Shown: positions 46,300 to 57,536, numbered from the stretch's first letter. The stretch is DNA of 64,000 nucleotides from Candidatus Melainabacteria bacterium (GCA_050247195.1 JBFWUP010000007.1:56836-120835); one strand, 5' to 3'. Translations and numbers: made by a program. The notes: a model not told the origin generated them from the sequence alone.

Positions 46300-48645
46300 A
46301 TGGTTGCCACATTGAGCCAACCTCAGACCACCACCACCTTTCCATCGGCCAATGCCGATGTGCTGCAACAGACCCTCCGGCAGCTGAACATTCGCGAGAG
46401 CGAATACGCGCTGATCAACAAACTGTTGCAGCGCACCCCCAACATGACCGAACTGGCCATGTTCAGCGTGTTGTGGAGCGAGCACTGCTGCTATAAAAAC
46501 TCCCGCCACCTGCTGCGCAAACTGCCCAACCAGAGCCCCCGCGTGGTGGCCGGGCCGGGCGAAAACGCCGGCATTGTGGATGTGGGCGACGGCATCCAGA
46601 TCGCCTTCAAGATTGAGAGCCACAACCACCCCACGGCCGTGGAGCCCTTTCAAGGCGCCGCCACCGGGGTCGGCGGCATTCTGCGCGACATCTTCACGAT
46701 GAACGCCCGCCCCATCGCCAATCTGAACTCACTGCGGTTTGGGCCCCTCTCGGCCGGCCCCGGCGCCGCCCGTAACCATTATCTGTTCACCCACGCCGTG
46801 GCGGGTATCGGGCATTACGGCAACTGTGTGGGCGTACCCACCATTGCCGGCGAATGTTTCTTTGACGACAGCTATACCGGCAACCCGCTGGTCAACGCCA
46901 TGTCCATCGGCATTCTTTATAACAACAATATCACCTCCTCCAAGGCGGTCGGTGCGGGCAACCCGGTCCTTTACGTCGGTTCGGCCACCGGCAAGGACGG
47001 CATGGGCGGTGCGGCGTTCGCCAGCCGCGAACTGCACGAAGGCAGCCAGGACGACCGGCCCGCCGTGCAGGTGGGCGATCCGTTCTCGGAAAAGCTCCTG
47101 ATTGAAGCCTGCCTGGAAGCCTTCGCCACGGGTTGTGTGGTGGCCGCACAGGATATGGGCGCCGCCGGACTGACCAGCTCCAGTTGCGAAATGGCCGCCA
47201 AGGGCAACCTCGGCATGCGCATTGATCTGGATTTGGTGCCTGCCCGCGAAGCCGATATGCAGCCGCATGAATACCTGCTTTCGGAGTCCCAGGAGCGGAT
47301 GCTGTTTGTGCTGGAAAAAGGCAACGAACAACCCGTTCTGGATGTCTTCGCCAAATGGCGCGTACCGGCTGTGGTGGTGGGCGAAGTCACCGGCCTGGAT
47401 GCCGACGGCGAACCCCACATCACATTCACCCATCGCGGGCAGACGGTGGTCGATCTGCCGGTCCGGTCGCTGACCGACTGGGCGCCCGATTACGACCCGG
47501 GCTGGGAAAACGGCGTCGCACCGGGTTATCAGCCCCCCACAGCGGAGTCTCACCCTTTTCAGCTGCCGGCCGACCTCACTGCCGATGCGGTTGAAACAGC
47601 CCTTGAACGCATGATGGCCCGTGAAAACATTGCCCAGCCCCGCGGCGTGTTTACTCAGTACGACAGCCAGGTCCAGAACAACACCCTGCTCTACAGCGAA
47701 CAACTCGCCAGCGGCGTCATCCGCCTGCGCAACGAGGACAACACCACCAGCGGCAAAGCCATTGCCGCCACCACGGACTGTAACGCCCGGCATGTGTATC
47801 TCAACCCCCGCCGGGGCACCAAAGGCGCTGTGGCTGAAGCCGTGCGCAACCTGGCCTGTGTGGGCGCCGAACCCCTGGCCGTAACGGACAACCTGAATTT
47901 TGGCAATCCGGAGAAACCGGAAATTTATTATCAGCTGTACCAGTCGGTGGAAGGCATGCGCGAAGCCTGCCTGTCTTTCGAGATTCCGGTCATCAGCGGT
48001 AACGTCAGCCTCTACAATGAGCACTCCGGCTCCCCGATTCTGCCCGCCCCGGTGATCGGGATGGTGGGGCTCATTGAAAACGATCGGCAGATCTGTTCGC
48101 CGCGCTTTAAAGCGCCGGGCCATACGGTGGCGCTGGTCGGCCGTTTTGCCCCCAGCCTGGCCGGCAGCGAATACGCCGCCATGACCGGCTGCCCCCTGAC
48201 GGGCGAACCGCCGTCTGTGGATCTCAAGGCCGAACGGGCCATGGCGACGCTGATCCGTCGCTGGGTTGCGTCAGGCGCTCTGGCCTCGGTTCAGGATGTT
48301 TCCATGGGCGGCCTGCTGTCAACCCTGTGTGAATGCGCCTTTGGTGAAGAACTGGGCGTCACCGCCAATCTGTCGGCGCTCTGCCGGATTACCGGCCGCC
48401 TGGATGCCTGCTGCTTTGGGGAAACCCACGGCAGCTATCTCATCAGCTTTGATGCGGCGTCTGAACAGACCCTGAAGAACGATCTGGAAGCGCTCGGCAA
48501 CCCGGCGCTTCAGCTGACCCCCCTGGGGCAGACCACCTCCGATTTTAAGCTGCGGCTGACCCTGGACGGCCAGACCCGCCAGACCGACCTCACCCCCCTC
48601 CTCAACGCCTGGAGCCACACCCTTGATCTTGCCCCTGATTCCTGA
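46300..48645 (+). CDS. purL: phosphoribosylformylglycinamidine synthase subunit PurL (FGAM synthase II)
   Basis: …SHNHPTAVEPFQGAATGVGGILRD… and duplicated AIR-synthase-like domains; 781 aa is consistent with the small-type PurL. Confidence 0.9.
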   Translation: MVATLSQPQTTTTFPSANADVLQQTLRQLNIRESEYALINKLLQRTPNMTELAMFSVLWSEHCCYKNSRHLLRKLPNQSPRVVAGPGENAGIVDVGDGIQIAFKIESHNHPTAVEPFQGAATGVGGILRDIFTMNARPIANLNSLRFGPLSAGPGAARNHYLFTHAVAGIGHYGNCVGVPTIAGECFFDDSYTGNPLVNAMSIGILYNNNITSSKAVGAGNPVLYVGSATGKDGMGGAAFASRELHEGSQDDRPAVQVGDPFSEKLLIEACLEAFATGCVVAAQDMGAAGLTSSSCEMAAKGNLGMRIDLDLVPAREADMQPHEYLLSESQERMLFVLEKGNEQPVLDVFAKWRVPAVVVGEVTGLDADGEPHITFTHRGQTVVDLPVRSLTDWAPDYDPGWENGVAPGYQPPTAESHPFQLPADLTADAVETALERMMARENIAQPRGVFTQYDSQVQNNTLLYSEQLASGVIRLRNEDNTTSGKAIAATTDCNARHVYLNPRRGTKGAVAEAVRNLACVGAEPLAVTDNLNFGNPEKPEIYYQLYQSVEGMREACLSFEIPVISGNVSLYNEHSGSPILPAPVIGMVGLIENDRQICSPRFKAPGHTVALVGRFAPSLAGSEYAAMTGCPLTGEPPSVDLKAERAMATLIRRWVASGALASVQDVSMGGLLSTLCECAFGEELGVTANLSALCRITGRLDACCFGETHGSYLISFDAASEQTLKNDLEALGNPALQLTPLGQTTSDFKLRLTLDGQTRQTDLTPLLNAWSHTLDLAPDS

Positions 48646-50107
48646 CGGTATGCTCTACGAATCCGAGACCGTCGAAAGCCGGACCCATCTGCGTGGCCTG
48701 AATGAAGCCTGCGGCGTCTTCGGGATTCTGGATGCCAACAACCCCAAGATTGGCCAGTATATATACTATGGCCTGTACGCCCTGCAGCACCGCGGGCAGG
48801 AGAGTTGCGGCGTGGCGGTCTTTCAGGAGGGCACGCTGCGGGTCCACAAGGATATGGGTCTGGTCAATCAGGTGTTTACCGATGCCCTGGTGGCGCAACT
48901 GACCGGACAGATCGGCGTGGGGCATACCCGCTATTCCACCACGGGCGACAGCAGCCTGGACAATGCCCAGCCGGTGGTCACCAAAACCCCCCTCGGCCCG
49001 CTGACCGTGGCTCACAACGGCAACCTGATCAACACGGATGAGCTGCGCGACTTCCTGCAGGAGCGCGGGTATTACGGCTTCGGCAACAGCGATTCCCACC
49101 TGATCGCCCAGTACATTAACTTTCAGCTGAACCAGGGCGACACCCTGAAAGAGGCCGTATGTAAAGCTGTACAGGCTTCCCGTGGGGCTTTCTCTCTGGT
49201 GGTGGCCACTGCAGACACCCTGATCGCCGTACGCGACGCCAACGGACTCCGTCCCTTCTGTTTTGGCCGCATCACCCACACCAACGGCGATCTCGCCTTT
49301 GTGGTCGCCTCGGAAACCTGCGCGCTGGACATTGTGGGCGCCACCTATGAGCGCGACATCATGCCCGGCGAGATCTTCACCCTGCATCTGGATGGACGCC
49401 AGGAATCGGCGTTCTTCTCGGATCAGCCCAAAAACAACCTGTGCGTGTTTGAGCAGGTCTACTTCGCCCGACCGGACAGCCGCATCAACAACGCCTCGGT
49501 TTACAATTACCGCCTCAATCTCGGACGCCGTCTGGCCGAAATTTCGCCTCAGGATGTCGAGGCAGATATCGTCATCCCCGTGCCGGATTCCGGCAATGTG
49601 GCCGCCGTGGGCTACAGCCAGGCCTCGGGCGTACCTTACGCCGAAGGGCTCATCAAGAACCGCTATGTGGGCCGTACCTTCATCAACCCCACCCAGGACC
49701 TCCGTGAGCGCAGCATTCAGCTGAAGCTGAACCCGCTGACCGACATTCTGCGCGGCAAACGAGTCATTGTGGTGGACGATTCCATTGTGCGCGGCAATAC
49801 CAGCCGTAAAATCGTAAAAATGCTGAAAGAATCCGGTGTGACCGAGCTGCACCTGCGGATCAGTTCGGCCCAGGTCAAACACCCCTGCTTTTACGGCATT
49901 GACATGTCCAGCCCGGATCAGCTCATCGCCAACCAGATGGGCCTGGAGGAAATACGCCAGTGGCTGGGCGTGGACAGCCTGGTTTACCTCTCCCCGGAGG
50001 ACATGGTGGCCCTTTCGGGCAATCCGGCCAGCTGTGCCGCCTGTTTTAACGACGTTTACCCCGCCGGAACCCCTCTTTCGCCGGTTGAAATCCCCCAGCC
50101 CGCCTGA
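48623..50107 (+). CDS. purF: amidophosphoribosyltransferase (propeptide-containing type)
   Basis: …GLNEACGVFGILD… matches the Ntn Cys after a propeptide, as in B. subtilis PurF; PRTase motif VVDDSIVRGNT; C-terminal Cys cluster for the 4Fe-4S centre; the true start could be the ATG at 48650. Confidence 0.85.
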   Translation: MILPLIPDGMLYESETVESRTHLRGLNEACGVFGILDANNPKIGQYIYYGLYALQHRGQESCGVAVFQEGTLRVHKDMGLVNQVFTDALVAQLTGQIGVGHTRYSTTGDSSLDNAQPVVTKTPLGPLTVAHNGNLINTDELRDFLQERGYYGFGNSDSHLIAQYINFQLNQGDTLKEAVCKAVQASRGAFSLVVATADTLIAVRDANGLRPFCFGRITHTNGDLAFVVASETCALDIVGATYERDIMPGEIFTLHLDGRQESAFFSDQPKNNLCVFEQVYFARPDSRINNASVYNYRLNLGRRLAEISPQDVEADIVIPVPDSGNVAAVGYSQASGVPYAEGLIKNRYVGRTFINPTQDLRERSIQLKLNPLTDILRGKRVIVVDDSIVRGNTSRKIVKMLKESGVTELHLRISSAQVKHPCFYGIDMSSPDQLIANQMGLEEIRQWLGVDSLVYLSPEDMVALSGNPASCAACFNDVYPAGTPLSPVEIPQPA

Positions 50108-50217
50108 TTTTCAGGGGAACACAAACCTCATCAAATCCCGCATCTTTCCGGTTGTTTTGGTTTTATACTGGCAGAGGCCCGGAGCGTTAACCGGACCCGG
50201 CCAAGGGAATTCCCGAA

Positions 50218-51123
50218 GTGGGAAACACAAACCAACTGACCATCACAGCGAGCACACCGGCAGGGCCCTCAGCGGCTCCCATCCGGCAGATTCTCAGCGG
50301 GGGGGCGTTGCCGGCGGCAATGCCCGCCACAGAGAGCCCGTCCTCCGCATCCGACATCAATCCCCCGGACACCTTCCGTTATCTCAGAGATCAGGAACAC
50401 CCGGTAACCGGGGCCGCAGCTGAAGGCCTTACACAGCTTTCCCCCACCGCCCTTGAAGAAGCGTCTCAGGATAAAAAGGCGCTTCACCTCCTGACAGCCG
50501 CCAAGCTGGTTATGGGAGGCGGGGTCGTCGGGTTTTTCGGCAGCCGCCTGTTTGGCGTGAGTATGCCCAAGTTTGCCGCCATGGAAATGGGCATGGGTTT
50601 TCTTGAATCCATGCTGGTTGAAGGCGTTTACAAAGGAAAAATCCCCGGGACGCAGAAGCTCGTTGATTGGGCGAAAAAGAAATCACCCAAGGATATCAGC
50701 CAGAACAGCAACCCGGTCTCGCCGGACGTCGCCGCCAAAGCCGAGGAAAAGGCCAAGGAGCGCGCCGTCACCCGGCTGTCTGTCATTGTCACTGCAGTCA
50801 GCGGCATAACTTCCGGTCTGCTGGCCAAGTACCTGCTGCCGCGACTCGGACATGCCTCAGCACACCCGCATGTGGCGCCGCCGTTGTCGGAAGCCCTGAT
50901 TCAGCTGCGGGAAACCCGTGGGATAACAAACCGGCTGACCCCTGCCCTGCGCGTCACCGCCAGCTGGCTGAACGAGCAGGCTCCCGTCCGCCTCATCAAG
51001 AAAAACGTCTGGCTGGGGCTGGCGGCCAACACGGCCATGTTTATGGGCGTGGGCTGGCTGGAAGGCAAACTGGCCGAAGCCTTTGACAGCAAGCGAAAAT
51101 TTCCCTTCCGCCTGTTCAGCTGA
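50218..51123 (+). CDS. hypothetical protein with internal hydrophobic segments
   Basis: 301-aa ORF; no recognisable domain. Confidence 0.45.
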   Translation: MGNTNQLTITASTPAGPSAAPIRQILSGGALPAAMPATESPSSASDINPPDTFRYLRDQEHPVTGAAAEGLTQLSPTALEEASQDKKALHLLTAAKLVMGGGVVGFFGSRLFGVSMPKFAAMEMGMGFLESMLVEGVYKGKIPGTQKLVDWAKKKSPKDISQNSNPVSPDVAAKAEEKAKERAVTRLSVIVTAVSGITSGLLAKYLLPRLGHASAHPHVAPPLSEALIQLRETRGITNRLTPALRVTASWLNEQAPVRLIKKNVWLGLAANTAMFMGVGWLEGKLAEAFDSKRKFPFRLFS

Positions 51124-51134
51124 GCCCATTGGCG

Positions 51135-51443
51135 CTATTCGGAATGTTCCTGCAGCCAGGCGTAATAGCGGTAGATATTTTCGCTCGTGTGGTCGCCCTG
51201 ATCGCGGATATTCATAATGGGCGTGGGGCTTCCGCTGTACAGTTCCGTAATCAGATCCGCAGCGCCGCCGCTCATATTCAGCAGGCCGCCATAGCCGGAA
51301 CCACCCTGTCGGCCGGTCACAATGTGATGGTCCATCGTGTTTTCTTTGGAACTATAGGTGGCGGTAAAATCCCGGGTATCTGCAAACGCGCTGCCCATCA
51401 GCATCAGCAATAGGGCATTGGCCAGCATTAAACGGACGTGCAT
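51135..51443 (-). CDS. small secreted hypothetical protein
   Basis: Signal peptide MHVRLMLANALLLMLMGSAFA. Confidence 0.4.
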   Translation of the reverse strand: MHVRLMLANALLLMLMGSAFADTRDFTATYSSKENTMDHHIVTGRQGGSGYGGLLNMSGGAADLITELYSGSPTPIMNIRDQGDHTSENIYRYYAWLQEHSE

Positions 51444-51767
51444 AAACTTCCCCCTGTGGCGTCACGGTGGCTAAAAAGTATTGGCGGTTCCGGTCAGTTA
51501 TTGAAAAAGTCGTGGTTTGAAGAGAATGTCCAGCACTTCCGTGGAGGACATCTGGGCAAAATCATGGATCTCCGGCCGGCGGTTTTCAGGCAGTTCAAGG
51601 CCCACCGGTTCAAAGCTGAGTTCGTCAAACAGTTTAATCATTGGCAATCCCTCATCGGGGGCCCTTAAACAGGCCATACGCTCATTCTTTACCCGATATC
51701 GGTCAGAATGCCCGGAAACTTTATCCCCCAAACGGTGTAAGCGCCTATGATTACAAAGTATAAAGCC

Positions 51768-52019
51768 TCAGCGGGGCCCGGAAGGTTTGCCGGAACCGGC
51801 GATCAGCAGGTACCCAATGACCATGCCCCAGTACACAAGGCTCATGGATACAAAGCGATAAAGGGGGCCCTGGTTGGGATTGATCGGAAATATCAGTGAC
51901 GTGATGGGATTGGCGTATTCCCGGGCGGCATCGGTCCCCAGGAGCATCACAATCATAAAAATAACGTAAAAGACCCCAAAAAAGCCGAGTTTACGGACTA
52001 ATCTGGGGTCTTTCAGCAT
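51768..52019 (-). CDS. small membrane protein
   Basis: 83 aa with two hydrophobic helices. Confidence 0.35.
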   Translation of the reverse strand: MLKDPRLVRKLGFFGVFYVIFMIVMLLGTDAAREYANPITSLIFPINPNQGPLYRFVSMSLVYWGMVIGYLLIAGSGKPSGPR

Positions 52020-52063
52020 GGGTTTAGTTCCTGACAGAAACTAAGAACAAATGGTGTGAATGA

Positions 52064-52492
52064 CTAGAGGCGATCCCAGTAGGTACAGCCTTTGGAACCG
52101 AATTCAAACATGTTTTTCAGGCCTTCACCCACCATGTTCACCGGCACATACACTGCGGAAGCGGCAACGGCCGTCGGCAGGTACAGCACGCTGTGCATCA
52201 CGCGCATTGCTGTGTCATCGGTATCCTGGCCATTCATTTTGGCGGAGAAATCATTGGCGTCCTGAAGACCTGTGACAAAACCTTTGGCGGCCCCGCCAAC
52301 CAGACCAGCGCCGGCACCCACGCCGCCGGTAACAGCGCGCAGGGGTGCAGTCGCCAGACGGGCGCCCGTCGGGTTGCTGGAGGTGAACTCACCCATCTCG
52401 CCCGAAGAGGAGGAGGTGAGGGTATCTTCGGCCATCGCAACGCCTGCCATCATCGTGGCCAGCATCATGCCTGCAATCATCATCTTTTTCAT
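52064..52492 (-). CDS. secreted Gly/Ala-rich hypothetical protein
   Basis: Signal peptide MKKMMIAGMMLATMMAGVAMA; start trimmed to 52492. Confidence 0.45.
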   Translation of the reverse strand: MKKMMIAGMMLATMMAGVAMAEDTLTSSSSGEMGEFTSSNPTGARLATAPLRAVTGGVGAGAGLVGGAAKGFVTGLQDANDFSAKMNGQDTDDTAMRVMHSVLYLPTAVAASAVYVPVNMVGEGLKNMFEFGSKGCTYWDRL

Positions 52493-52699
52493 TGGAATGA
52501 CTCTCTCTTTCCATAACCAACTAACATAAAATCTCCGGTCCCGGCGCAATTCAAACACTCTCAACCACTACGCTGTTTGCAGGATCCGGTTGATATGCAC
52601 ATATTCTACACTAGAACGTGGAAAAGGGGGACCAGTGGCATCTGCGCATCCCGGCAACCCTCTTAAACACTTTCATAACGCAAAATCAGCGGGTGTCCC

Positions 52700-53086
52700 A
52701 TGTCATTACCCAACGCACACAACCCGCCGGAAGCAGACATTGCCCAGGCGCTCGCCGACGGTGAGACGGTTTGCGGGGAACAGGGCGCCGTGCCATGGTG
52801 GATGCCGCATTACCCCATGCCCGTGACCAGCAACCGCATCATCCTGGCCATCTGGATTGGGCGGAATCTCAGCTGGGGGATCGGCACCGTGCTGGCCAAA
52901 ACCATGCTGGCCGTCCGCGCTCATCCGTGGCGCAGTGTGGCCGCAACCACCGCGTTTTTATGCAGCCTGCCCGTTTGTAAATATATGGCGGGACTTTTTC
53001 TCGCGGGGTGTCTCATTGCCGTGGCGAGAAACGTAGAACTGCCGCCGGAAGAAGAAGACGGGGAAGCCGCACCGGAGCGCGTTTAG
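52700..53086 (+). CDS. hypothetical membrane protein
   Basis: 128-aa ORF with hydrophobic segments; weak RBS. Confidence 0.3.
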   Translation: MSLPNAHNPPEADIAQALADGETVCGEQGAVPWWMPHYPMPVTSNRIILAIWIGRNLSWGIGTVLAKTMLAVRAHPWRSVAATTAFLCSLPVCKYMAGLFLAGCLIAVARNVELPPEEEDGEAAPERV

Positions 53087-53105
53087 CGATTATCCAGGCG
53101 CCGCG

Positions 53106-55916
53106 TCAGGAGGTCACGCGCGAGCGCGCTTCGGCCAGTTTTTTGGAGGCCTGCGGGGTCTCCTCAGACACTCCCAACGTTTTACAGGTCAGCATCGTCA
53201 TGCCTGCTGCGGCCACTAAAGCCCCTGCCAGCCCGGCCATGGGAACCGGCACGGTGCCAAGCATGCTGTTCATGACCGGCAGATACACCGCCACACACTG
53301 CAAAGCGACAATCAGCAGCGTAACAATCCAGGTGATCGGCGCCTGGGCGGCCATGGCAATCACGCTGGCGGCATTGCGGCCCGAGTGCAGGTACTGCACG
53401 TTGATCCAGTGCAGGGCCTGACAGAAGGCCATGGTGGAGAAAGCCAGCGTGCCGGATTCGGCCACGGACAGGCCAAACACCTTCAGCGCCACAAACAGCA
53501 CCGCAAAAGAGGTCAGCATCATCGCCACGCCCCAGTAAACCATCAGCCAGACCTCCTCGCTGCTGAGCAGCACGTGGTTATCGCGGTTGGCCCCGTCGCG
53601 CGCAAAGCCATCATCCGGAGCCAGACCCAGAGCCAGGGTCGGGAAAACCGTCACCAGCAAAGTCAGCCAGAGAATCTGCAACACATTGACCGACAAACCG
53701 GTGGATTGTGCGCCGCCCAGTGTCAGGCTTAGCGCCACCACCGCCACCAGCAGCTCCAGACCAATGTTGCAGCTGAGCATATATTGCAGACAGGCCTGAA
53801 TTTTACGGCGGATCCGACGGCTTTCGGTCATGATGGACAGCACCCCCTGCAGTCGGTCGTTCAGCAGAATAATATCGGCGCTGTCCTTGGCGGCCTCGGA
53901 GCCCTTGTAGCCCATGGCAATGGCGACATCGCTTTTCTGAAGCGCCGGGGCATCGTTCACGCCGTCGCCCACCATGGCGACCACGTGGCCGCTGTTTTCC
54001 AGGGCTTCCACTATGTAGAGTTTCTCTTCCGGTTTGGTGCGGGCAAACACGCGCACCGCATCGGGAATGTTTCCGTTGCAGGTTTCCAGCTGCGCCCGCA
54101 GCCAGCTTTGTGAGCCATCACGGTCGCGGATAATGCCCAGATCCTTGGCCGTAATCTCAGCCGTGGATTTCTGATCGCCGGTCACCATCACCACGTTTAC
54201 GCCTTCGCGCTTCAGGCCGGCAATGGCTTCTTTCACGCCCGGTTTGGCCGGGTCCACCAGGCACACCCAGCCAATAAAAACAGCCTCGGTGTAAGGGTCT
54301 TCATTTTCGCCAATCAACGGCTTCTCTGCAAAGCCAATAATCCGGTAGTTGTTTTCGTAAGCCATTTCCCGGTTCTGTACAATCCAGTCGGCCTTCTGCA
54401 TCACGCTCATCGGCGCGACGGTCCCGTCGGGTTTCATGTAGAAGCCACATTCCTGCAGCACCATTTCCGGGGCGCCCTTAATCAGGCTCATCAGTTTACC
54501 GTCAGGCATCTCCACCACGGTGGCCATTCGCAGCGTTTCGGAATCAAATGGAATCTGACGTTTTTTGCGGCAACCCACCTCCACCGTGGCCGGCGCCGCA
54601 CGGTACAGGGCCACATCAATGGGGTCGCCCACCATGGTGCTGCGAATCCCGCTCAGTTCAATGCTGTTGTTCATCCGCGCAATCCGCATGAAGGCCTCAA
54701 CTATCGGATTCGGCAGGCGATCGCCCTGGCACCACATGGGGTTGTAGGTAATGGTCTGCATATCCGGCAGGAAGATTTTTTCCACGTTGAGATGGTTTTC
54801 CGTCAGCGTGCCGGTTTTATCAGAACACAGCACGGTGATATCACGGATGGATTCCAGGGCCTGCAGATTCTTGATCAGAATTTTTTCCTTTTTCAGACGA
54901 TCCAGCCCCATGGAGAGCAGCAGGTTGCACATGCCCGGCAGAATACCCGGCATGGCGGCAATGGCCAGCACCAGGCCCAGCTGCGCCAGCATCAGCGGCT
55001 CCGTCCCGCGCTTGAACTCAATGGCCAGCACCAGGGCGGTTACCAGAAAAGCGAACAGACACATGCGCCGGGTAATGACGCCGGCGGCCTGGGTGAACGG
55101 CGAATCCGCCTTCACCGTGCGGCTGGCCATATGCGTAATCTGACCCATCACCGTATGCTGACCGACAGTGGTGACAACAGCGATGGCGGAGCCGGTTTTC
55201 ACACGGGTTCCGGCAAACACCATGTTGCTGCGGTAAATCACTTCCTCGTCCGGCGCATGGTAGGCTTCCGCGTCCTTGGGCACCAGGGTGGATTCCCCGG
55301 TCAGTACCGCCTCATCCACTTTAAGACCATCCGATTCAATCAGGCGGGCATCCCCCGGCACAATCTGTCCGGCCGACAGCAGCAGAATATCGCCGGGCAA
55401 CACATCGCGCGAGGAAACCAGGGTCTTCACGCCGTTACGCCGGACATCACAATGGCTGTCCTCCACCGCGTCACTGCCCAGGTGCTCCGTCTGGTGCTGC
55501 TGGGTGCGCCACAGAATATACTGGTGCGTGGCCACATGGAGACAGAGCGCAATCAGAATGCCAATGCCGGTGGTGGCATGCAGGGTGGCGAACGCCAGGA
55601 GCGCAGAGACCCCGAGAATCGCCGAGATGGCGTTTTTAAAGCCGCCCAGCATCATCCAGGGGGCGGCTGCGGCGCCGGTACAAACAGTGGCGGCCAGCTG
55701 ATGCTGGCGTTCGGAGACCTCATGATCAATCAAGCCATCGCGGCGACTGCTGAGAAACCGGAGAACCTGCTCAACGGGCTGTGCGTGAAAATCCTGTGCG
55801 CCGGCATTGAGAAAAGCGCCGGATAACGGCATGCCGGACTGGACACCACCCATTGGGGACATGGGGGCGGTGCGTCCTTGTGAAAAATTGATCATGATTC
55901 GGGCTCCACACAACAT
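53106..55916 (-). CDS. cation-transporting P-type ATPase (P2/P3-type, Ca2+/Mg2+-like)
   Basis: Phosphorylation motif CSDKTGTLTEN, hinge MVGDGVNDAPAL, TGES-like (LTGES) motif; 936 aa with about 10 TM helices. Confidence 0.85.
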   Translation of the reverse strand: MLCGARIMINFSQGRTAPMSPMGGVQSGMPLSGAFLNAGAQDFHAQPVEQVLRFLSSRRDGLIDHEVSERQHQLAATVCTGAAAAPWMMLGGFKNAISAILGVSALLAFATLHATTGIGILIALCLHVATHQYILWRTQQHQTEHLGSDAVEDSHCDVRRNGVKTLVSSRDVLPGDILLLSAGQIVPGDARLIESDGLKVDEAVLTGESTLVPKDAEAYHAPDEEVIYRSNMVFAGTRVKTGSAIAVVTTVGQHTVMGQITHMASRTVKADSPFTQAAGVITRRMCLFAFLVTALVLAIEFKRGTEPLMLAQLGLVLAIAAMPGILPGMCNLLLSMGLDRLKKEKILIKNLQALESIRDITVLCSDKTGTLTENHLNVEKIFLPDMQTITYNPMWCQGDRLPNPIVEAFMRIARMNNSIELSGIRSTMVGDPIDVALYRAAPATVEVGCRKKRQIPFDSETLRMATVVEMPDGKLMSLIKGAPEMVLQECGFYMKPDGTVAPMSVMQKADWIVQNREMAYENNYRIIGFAEKPLIGENEDPYTEAVFIGWVCLVDPAKPGVKEAIAGLKREGVNVVMVTGDQKSTAEITAKDLGIIRDRDGSQSWLRAQLETCNGNIPDAVRVFARTKPEEKLYIVEALENSGHVVAMVGDGVNDAPALQKSDVAIAMGYKGSEAAKDSADIILLNDRLQGVLSIMTESRRIRRKIQACLQYMLSCNIGLELLVAVVALSLTLGGAQSTGLSVNVLQILWLTLLVTVFPTLALGLAPDDGFARDGANRDNHVLLSSEEVWLMVYWGVAMMLTSFAVLFVALKVFGLSVAESGTLAFSTMAFCQALHWINVQYLHSGRNAASVIAMAAQAPITWIVTLLIVALQCVAVYLPVMNSMLGTVPVPMAGLAGALVAAAGMTMLTCKTLGVSEETPQASKKLAEARSRVTS

Positions 55917-56074
55917 CAGTAGGGAATAACGGGGTAATCACCATGCCGACTCAGCCGACGCTTCCTGCATCCGGCCTGCCGACCGCACAACCACAGGCCC
56001 CTTCACAGACCTGTCATCCTGTTTACCCTATGCCCGATTCAAAGGAACCATAAACCCGATATGACAGAACCGTT

Positions 56075-56875
56075 TCAGAACACCGAACGCCGCCGGCCAC
56101 CGTCCACACACACTGTGGATCCCGTGATATAAGCGGCGCGCTCCGAACAGAGAAAAGCCGCCACATCGGCAAATTCTTCGGGCGTTCCAAAGCGTCCGGC
56201 GGGTATGTCGCCCAGCATACGCGCCCGGGCGTCAGCCTCGCTGACGGCCGTCTTTTCGGCCTGGTGGGCCAGCAGGGCGTCAATCCGCCCGGTGTGAATA
56301 ACTCCGGGGGCAATACAGTTCACCGTTACGCCATGGGCGGCGACATCCGTGGCCAGGGTCTTCAGCGCGGCCGTCACGGCGGAACGGATACCATTGGATA
56401 GCGCCAGCGTCTGTATCGGCTCCTGCGGACTGAGTGAGGTGACCGCCAGTATCCGGCCCCATCCCCGGGCTTTCATCCCGGGAAGAAACGCGCTGTTGAG
56501 CGCCATGAGCGTTAAAAACTGCGTCTGAAAAGCCGTCTCCCACTGCGCGGGCGTGGTCTCCTCAATACGCGTGGGTGGCGGCCCGCCACCGTTGTGCACC
56601 AGGATATCCGGTTCCCCGCAGGTCTCACGGAGCGTCTTTATCAAATTACCACGATCGGCGGCGACGCTGAGATCGGCCGGGACGGCCCACATCGGGGTGT
56701 CTGCATCCGGGGCAGCCTGCTTCATCAGCGCCAGCACCCCGGCCAGTTTCTCCTCAGAGCGGGCGGTAATGGCCACTGCGGCACCCTCGGTGGCGAACGC
56801 CAGAGCAATGGCGCGCCCGATACCCTGAGAGGCGCCGCATACCAAAGCCTTTTTACCGGTCAGTCCCAGATCCAT
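56075..56875 (-). CDS. SDR-family oxidoreductase
   Basis: N-terminal GASQGIGRAIA Rossmann motif and …NCIAPGVI…. Confidence 0.8.
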   Translation of the reverse strand: MDLGLTGKKALVCGASQGIGRAIALAFATEGAAVAITARSEEKLAGVLALMKQAAPDADTPMWAVPADLSVAADRGNLIKTLRETCGEPDILVHNGGGPPPTRIEETTPAQWETAFQTQFLTLMALNSAFLPGMKARGWGRILAVTSLSPQEPIQTLALSNGIRSAVTAALKTLATDVAAHGVTVNCIAPGVIHTGRIDALLAHQAEKTAVSEADARARMLGDIPAGRFGTPEEFADVAAFLCSERAAYITGSTVCVDGGRRRSVF

Positions 56876-56902
56876 GGCTACGCCCCCGGAAAAACGAAAT
56901 GC

Positions 56903-57313
56903 CTAAACGCCCGGCTTGCGCAGCAGATGGCGGATAGAAGCCCGGATGACCGCCAGTGAGTCCAGACCGGCGTACTGGTAATCTTTATAAAGTTCCGTCT
57001 GCCGGATCGCGCTGTGAACCGCTTCCACGTCCGTGGCCGGATCCATCATGCGCTTGCGGAACAGCTTGGAAAGTTCCATCATCACGGCATCGCACAAATC
57101 CTCTTTGGGGTCGTGCGCCGGGTTTTCGCGGTTCGTCTTCATCCGGTCATCCATCAGCTGCACAATTTCAATCGCCGTCAGCGTGCGTTCCCGGTTGGGC
57201 GTCAGGCCCAGGGTTTCGCGCGTGGCGCGCGACAAGCCGGACATCAGACGTGACGATGCGGTCATCGCACTTTCCGGTTGCTCGTGGTGATGATCGGTGG
57301 TGATGGACCCCAT
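56903..57313 (-). CDS. hypothetical protein
   Basis: 136-aa ORF. Confidence 0.4.
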   Translation of the reverse strand: MGSITTDHHHEQPESAMTASSRLMSGLSRATRETLGLTPNRERTLTAIEIVQLMDDRMKTNRENPAHDPKEDLCDAVMMELSKLFRKRMMDPATDVEAVHSAIRQTELYKDYQYAGLDSLAVIRASIRHLLRKPGV

Positions 57314-57536
57314 AAAATGTTCCCCGGTTCAATTGGCTGGCGGGTAAATATTACGATATTGTAATTAAACCAGAAACATGGACTTTGGCCACCCAAAAAG
57401 CCACAATTTTTTCATTCTATTACATTAATAATATTTAATGCGGCATCGGCGGTGGCTTTGCCCGGGTGTTTCCCCTACTATGGGCCCTACGCCCGGACTC
57501 CGGGCAAGCGATTGATTCCGCAGAAGGAGAGCCCCC

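Noticed and set aside
37677-55916. mgtC plus P-type ATPase as an mgtCB-like operon
   Set aside because: The two genes are 15 kb apart with many unrelated genes between them. The ATPase subtype (Mg2+ versus Ca2+) cannot be assigned from motifs alone.
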